Under the pieces are notes generated by a model. That model saw nothing but the letters and a program-made list of their open reading frames with translations. It did no database searches and had not been told where the DNA came from. DNA of 64,000 nucleotides from Bacilli bacterium (GTDB lineage Bacteria > Bacillota_I > Bacilli_A > RFN20 > CAG-826). The stretch lies in assembly GCA_045628045.1 (NCBI GenBank), contig JAZQOV010000007.1:1-64000 (forward strand), in the 5' to 3' direction. Positions within the stretch are counted from its first letter, which is position 1; the number at the start of each line of letters is the position of its first letter. Position numbers and translations under genes: made by a program. Shown piece after piece: positions 59,235-64,000 of this stretch.

Positions 59235-59951
59235 ATGCCAACACCACATAACGAAGCTAAAAAAGGTGAAATCGCAAAGGTAGTTTTAATGCCTGGCGAC
59301 CCAAATCGTGCAAAATGGATTGCAGATAATTTTTTACACGATGTTAAACTTGTAAACCAAGTCCGCGGAATGTTCTGTTTTACAGGATTAACAAGAAATA
59401 ATAAAAGAATCTCTGTTATGGCACATGGTATGGGAAATCCATCTATTGGAATTTATTCATACGAGTTATATACAGAATACGATGTTGATTTAATTATTAG
59501 AGTTGGAACCTGTGGTTCTTACCAAGAATATGTCAATTTCTTTGATGTCATTATTGGTGAATCAGCTTGTACAGACTCAAATTATGGTGCTCAATTAGGC
59601 TACACTCCTGATTATTGCCCAAAAGCAAGTTTAGATATTGCAGAAGCTGCTAAAGAAGTTTTATCAGCTAAAGGTTATCCTTATCACGCTGGCATGGTTT
59701 TTGCAGCAGATGTCTTCTATGATTTTAAGAAAGACGTTTGGAAAGAATACGCTAAACGCGGTGTACTTGCTGTTGAAATGGAATCCTATGCATTATTCGT
59801 TAATGCACAATATTTGCATAAGAAAGCATTAACAATGCTTACTGTTACAGACCACTTTATAAAAGAAGGTAGATTAACTCCAGAGCAAAGACAGACTGGT
59901 CTTAGAAATATGATTGATTCTGCCATTACTCTTGCAGAGAAATACGCATAA
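59235..59951 (+). CDS. deoD: Purine nucleoside phosphorylase DeoD-type
   Basis: MPTPH, MPGDP.RA, HGMG.PS, RVGTCG, VEMES; SD AGGAGG before 59235. Confidence 0.93.
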   Translation: MPTPHNEAKKGEIAKVVLMPGDPNRAKWIADNFLHDVKLVNQVRGMFCFTGLTRNNKRISVMAHGMGNPSIGIYSYELYTEYDVDLIIRVGTCGSYQEYVNFFDVIIGESACTDSNYGAQLGYTPDYCPKASLDIAEAAKEVLSAKGYPYHAGMVFAADVFYDFKKDVWKEYAKRGVLAVEMESYALFVNAQYLHKKALTMLTVTDHFIKEGRLTPEQRQTGLRNMIDSAITLAEKYA

Positions 59952-60565
59952 TGTTTTTGTTTATTTTTCTTGCTGTACTTTTAGTTATTGCGATTGTTTT
60001 CTTTATAACATTCCCGCTTTTAACTGTGCATATGAGCAATGAACAATTTGCGTCATATTGTGAAAGAAAAGTTAATCGTATCGCAAGAAGAAGAAACTTA
60101 CTTAGAATTACAAACCTAGCTATCTCAAGATTCGATAGCGAAAAAATTTATGTTGATCACATTATCTTTGGCAAAAAATACATTTATCTGATCACGAACA
60201 TTAAGTTAAAAGGATTCGTTGTTGGTGAAGAAAATGATAAGTCTTGGATTCACTACAATTACTCAAAAAAGAAGGCTAGATACATTTCAAATTTAAATGA
60301 GCTTTCAAACAAAAATATCCAGGAATTCGCGGACATTTTGAGAATTAATAGCGATTTCTTCGTATCAATTTGTTTAATACCAAACAACTGTGATTTCAAA
60401 ATTAAAGGTAGCAAAAAAGCGTCAAACCACATCGTTCATTATTTCTCACTCGCTAGAAAAATTAGGAAGTTTGAACACGCAAAAATTAATGCATTAGACA
60501 AAGAACAAATTTATGAACAATACACAAGAATTAAAGAAACAAACGAGCAAAGCAAACACAATTAA
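59951..60565 (+). CDS. Membrane-anchored NERD-like (nuclease-related) domain protein
   Basis: N-terminal TM; VDHIIFGKKYIYLI..KG..W pattern. Confidence 0.62.
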   Translation: MFLFIFLAVLLVIAIVFFITFPLLTVHMSNEQFASYCERKVNRIARRRNLLRITNLAISRFDSEKIYVDHIIFGKKYIYLITNIKLKGFVVGEENDKSWIHYNYSKKKARYISNLNELSNKNIQEFADILRINSDFFVSICLIPNNCDFKIKGSKKASNHIVHYFSLARKIRKFEHAKINALDKEQIYEQYTRIKETNEQSKHN

Positions 60566-61577
60566 AGTTTTTAAAGCCGCTCGTGAAAGAACTAAAAAGG
60601 AAAGCAGAGGTTTTTCAATTTCCTTATTTTTATTTGCTACTTTAACACTTCTTTCTCTTGGTCTTGGTTATTTTGATCCTGTAACGTTAATTCTTACAAT
60701 CCCGTTTGTAGTTTTACCTTCTTATTTTGCTCTTATTGCAGTTAACTCTGCTCCAGTTTTAGATAGAGGCGAGATTGGTGCTTTCTTCATTATGTTTAGA
60801 ACATATTTTAATCGTATGTTCTCCGGTTGTTTCAGAGTTATTGCAGCATTTTTCAAAGCTTTGCTTTGCAGCATTGCTTTTGAAGTTGTTTCTTCATCAA
60901 TTGCTGAGACAATTGTTTTTGGCAAAAATGAAGAATTTAGAAATATTTTATTTGATGGAAGCAAAAGTTTTTCAGATTCAGCAAAGCTTTTGATTGATTT
61001 TGTTAACGCTAATCCTTCATTTGAGAAATGTTTATTGATTATTAATTGTGTTTCATTAGTGATTGGGACAATGGTGTTTATTTCACACATTGCTAAACGT
61101 TCACCAATGCTCGATTTCTCATTCCTTAGAAAACAACCAACTCCGATGAGAGAGTTTAATATGGTTGATAAAAAAGTTCGTAAAGAACACAAAAAAGAAT
61201 TCGCCGGAAGAATGTTTAGAGGAACATGGTTTATTAGTTTACTAATAATTCTCAGTTTTGTGGGTTCATATTTTATTGAAATGTATGCCTTTAAGAACTT
61301 TAATCCAGATCATTTCTTTGTATTAGGACTCGCGATTGCTCTTATTGTTATTCTTCCATTTATGAACTACTTAATGAATGTTTACCACATTATTTATGAG
61401 GGATTACGTCCAGAATACGAAAACGTTTATGTTACAACAACTTTAGAGTTCCTTGCGAAATATAGAGAAAAACTCGGAATTAATGAAGAAGAAGCAAAAA
61501 AACTTGAAGAGATTGTGAAATCACAATCACCTCAAAAAAATAAGAAAGAAGAAAAGGAGAAAAAAGACGAGAAGTAA
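60513..61577 (+). CDS. Hypothetical multi-pass membrane protein
   Basis: About 6 hydrophobic segments and a charged C-terminal tail. Confidence 0.62.
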   Translation: MNNTQELKKQTSKANTIKVFKAARERTKKESRGFSISLFLFATLTLLSLGLGYFDPVTLILTIPFVVLPSYFALIAVNSAPVLDRGEIGAFFIMFRTYFNRMFSGCFRVIAAFFKALLCSIAFEVVSSSIAETIVFGKNEEFRNILFDGSKSFSDSAKLLIDFVNANPSFEKCLLIINCVSLVIGTMVFISHIAKRSPMLDFSFLRKQPTPMREFNMVDKKVRKEHKKEFAGRMFRGTWFISLLIILSFVGSYFIEMYAFKNFNPDHFFVLGLAIALIVILPFMNYLMNVYHIIYEGLRPEYENVYVTTTLEFLAKYREKLGINEEEAKKLEEIVKSQSPQKNKKEEKEKKDEK

Positions 61578-61612
61578 ATAAAAAATCCACTTAAACGTGG
61601 ATATAATTACAA

Positions 61613-61686
61613 TGGAGCAGCTGGCGGGAATCGGACCCGTATAGCCACCTTGGCAAGGTGGTGTTCTACCACTGAACTACAGCTGC
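61613..61686 (-). tRNA. tRNA-Gly(GCC)
   Basis: Reverse complement GCAGCTG..CCACC-TTGCCAA-GGTGG..CAGCTGC-T-CCA. Confidence 0.92.
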
Positions 61687-61744
61687 AATTCAGCGTGATT
61701 ATTATATAAAAAGTGATATAATACTTCAAGCAAAAAATGAAATT

Positions 61745-63403
61745 ATGAAAACATTTGAAGATTTAGCAGAATTTATATTCCCTGAAATTAAAGAGACAAT
61801 TGCAGATTTAGAAAAGAAATATCCTGCAAGAAAATTGCCTGTTGGCGCAGAAGTAACTCGTTTTGCTCCTTCTCCAACTGGATTTTTACATCTTGGTTCC
61901 TTATTCACCTCTTTTGTTGCATACAAAGTCGCGAAAGACACTAATGGTGTTTTCTATTTTAGACTTGAAGATACAGACACCAAACGTGAAGTAGAAGGTT
62001 CGGCAGATGATTTGGTTAATCAATTATCATATTTCGGTATTGTTCCTGATGAAGGTTACCTTTTAGGTAAAGACAAAGGAGAATACGCTCCATATAAACA
62101 ATCTGATCGTGCCTATATTTATGAAGTTTGTATTAAAGAACTTATGAAAAAAGGTAGAGCCTATCCTTGCTTCTGTAGTGCAGAGCAACTTGAAGAAACT
62201 CGTCAAATTCAAGAAGCAATGAAAGAGATTCCTGGTTATTATGGAGACTATGCAATTTGCAGAACTTTAACACCGGATGAAGCAATTCAAAGAATCGAAA
62301 ATGGTGATCCTTATGTAATTAGATTTAAATCTACTGGTAATCATAATAATAAGATTACTTTCCACGACGAAGTTCGTGGTGATATTTCTATTGCGGAAAA
62401 TGATATGGATATCGTTATTTTAAAATCAGATGGTCTTCCAACATATCACTTTGCGCACGCTGTTGATGATCATTTTATGCATACTACAACAGTTATTCGT
62501 GGTGAAGAATGGATCTCAAGTGCTCCAATTCATATTGAATTATTTGCAACTCTTGGATTTGAACTTCCAAAATACGCTCATTTACCTGTTATTATGAAAC
62601 TTGATAATGGTAATAAACGCAAACTTTCTAAAAGAAAAGATCCAGAAGCTAGTGTTGCAAACTTTATTGAACAAGGTTTCCCAAAAGAAGCTCTTCTTGT
62701 TTATTTAATGAGCATTGCAAACTCCAATTTTGAAGAATGGACTGCTCAAAATAATTCCTACAATATTCCAGATTTCAAGTTTGCATTTGACAAGATGAGT
62801 CTTGATGGAGTTTTATTTGACCAAGATAAGCTCAACTTCTTCTCAAAAGAAATCATCGCAAAGATGAGCGCTGAAGAAGTTTATAATCGCGCTTATGAAT
62901 GGGCAACTGGCGATTTCAAAGATAGACTCGCCAAATATAAAGAAGAATCAATTGCAGCTTTAAATATTGAACGTGGTGGAGATAAAGCCCGTAAAGATTA
63001 CGCTGCATATAAAGATATTTATCCAATTCTTTCTTTATTCTATAAAGAAGATAACGAAAAAGAATTTAACGAAGTTGGTGCAATCTTCCCAGAAAAAATT
63101 CCTACAAGCGTTATTAAAGAAGTCCTTGAAGACTTCAAAAAGAACAACGACTATACTCTTGCAAATGATGTTTGGTTTGAAAGCATTAAGCAATTAGGTG
63201 CTAGACATAACTTTGCAGAGAATGGTAAACTCTACAAGGCTAATCCAGAAATGTATGTTGGTGCTGTTGGAGATGTTGCAGGCATTATTCGTATTGCAGT
63301 AACCAATAGAACTAACGCTCCTAACTTACATGATGTGTTAGTAATCTTAGGTAAAGGCGAAGTCAATCGTAGAATTGATAGAGTACTTGCCACACTTAAA
63401 TAA
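61745..63403 (+). CDS. gltX: Glutamate--tRNA ligase
   Basis: TRFAPSPTGFLHLG, LEDTD, RGEEW, KLSKR. Confidence 0.96.
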   Translation: MKTFEDLAEFIFPEIKETIADLEKKYPARKLPVGAEVTRFAPSPTGFLHLGSLFTSFVAYKVAKDTNGVFYFRLEDTDTKREVEGSADDLVNQLSYFGIVPDEGYLLGKDKGEYAPYKQSDRAYIYEVCIKELMKKGRAYPCFCSAEQLEETRQIQEAMKEIPGYYGDYAICRTLTPDEAIQRIENGDPYVIRFKSTGNHNNKITFHDEVRGDISIAENDMDIVILKSDGLPTYHFAHAVDDHFMHTTTVIRGEEWISSAPIHIELFATLGFELPKYAHLPVIMKLDNGNKRKLSKRKDPEASVANFIEQGFPKEALLVYLMSIANSNFEEWTAQNNSYNIPDFKFAFDKMSLDGVLFDQDKLNFFSKEIIAKMSAEEVYNRAYEWATGDFKDRLAKYKEESIAALNIERGGDKARKDYAAYKDIYPILSLFYKEDNEKEFNEVGAIFPEKIPTSVIKEVLEDFKKNNDYTLANDVWFESIKQLGARHNFAENGKLYKANPEMYVGAVGDVAGIIRIAVTNRTNAPNLHDVLVILGKGEVNRRIDRVLATLK

Positions 63404-63424
63404 GGATTCATTTCCTTATTAAAT

Positions 63425-63500
63425 GGCCCCATGGTCAAGAGGTTTAAGACGAGACCCTCTCAAGGTCTAATCAAGGGTTCGATTCCCTTTGGGGTCACCA
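63425..63500 (+). tRNA. tRNA-Glu(CTC)
   Basis: AGACC-CTCTCAA-GGTCT, CCA. Confidence 0.92.
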
Positions 63501-63612
63501 AGCTTATAATTGATGTAATTTATTTATAAATTAAATTGCATCTTTTTTTTATAAATAGTGAAAAAATAGTGAAATAATAATGAAGTTCGTGTATAATAAT
63601 TTCAAGGTTAAT

Positions 63613-64000
63613 ATGATACACATTTCTTTAACTAATGAATTATTGAATAAGCTTATTGAAATTGAAAAAAATAAGGTGCTTTTAGAGAACACTAAAATGC
63701 CTGTAGAACTTTCAAATAAATTTCGCAAAAACACAAGAAAGCTCAGTTCATATGCTTCAAATGCAATCGAAGGTAACCCTCTTACATTCGAACAAGCTAA
63801 TAAAGTAATTGATTCAAAAGAAAGACATTTTTTGAAGCCTGAGCAAGAAATTAGAAATTATTATCAAACAATTGAATATTTATCAAATGAGTTAAAAAAG
63901 AAAACCCCTATTTCTCTCGAATTGATTTTGGAAGTTCAAAAACAGATTGTTGCAGGAGAATCAAAAGATAAAATCGGACTAAGAGGGAAAATGCCACCTG
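63613..64000 (+). CDS. Fic-family protein, N-terminal part (runs off the window end; absent from the ORF track)
   Basis: Manual translation MIHISLTNELL...YASNAIEGNPL...EQEIRNY...; SxxIEGN is the inhibitory-helix motif of class II Fic proteins. Confidence 0.78.
   Translation, partial: MIHISLTNELLNKLIEIEKNKVLLENTKMPVELSNKFRKNTRKLSSYASNAIEGNPLTFEQANKVIDSKERHFLKPEQEIRNYYQTIEYLSNELKKKTPISLELILEVQKQIVAGESKDKIGLRGKMPP

Overview
Core-chromosome segment of a low-GC, genome-reduced Bacilli-type bacterium. The lineage is inferred from gene content and order (probably an uncultured Mollicutes-adjacent gut/rumen lineage). Standard code 11 applies: TGA is a stop, Trp is TGG, and AGG sits at conserved Arg positions. 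The window opens with the 3' end of an rRNA operon (23S, 5S). It then runs through a stripped-down version of the Bacillus fakA-plsX-rnc-ftsY-ffh-rpsP-trmD-rplS-rbgA-rnhB-dprA-topA-trmFO-xerC-rpsB-tsf-pyrH-frr-uppS-cdsA-dxr-rseP-polC region, in which the rpsP-trmD block is inverted. From 30.4 to 64 kb is an accessory-rich stretch punctuated by 10 dispersed C34/G34 tRNAs. Best leads: (i) a class III aminotransferase + class II aldolase + FGGY kinase + GtrA operon close to a DegV + YghO/bacterial-ceramide-synthase-like N-acyltransferase pair, possibly an undescribed route to amide-linked membrane lipids; (ii) a tRNA-flanked islet with a secreted lipase-fold protein divergent from two diverged paralogous lipoproteins (possible toxin-immunity module); (iii) a T20 tract inside the promoter of a secreted SGNH-like protein (possible phase variation); (iv) widespread apparently leaderless genes. 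No CRISPR array, transposase or prophage was seen. All functional calls come from motif recognition by eye; no database search was run.
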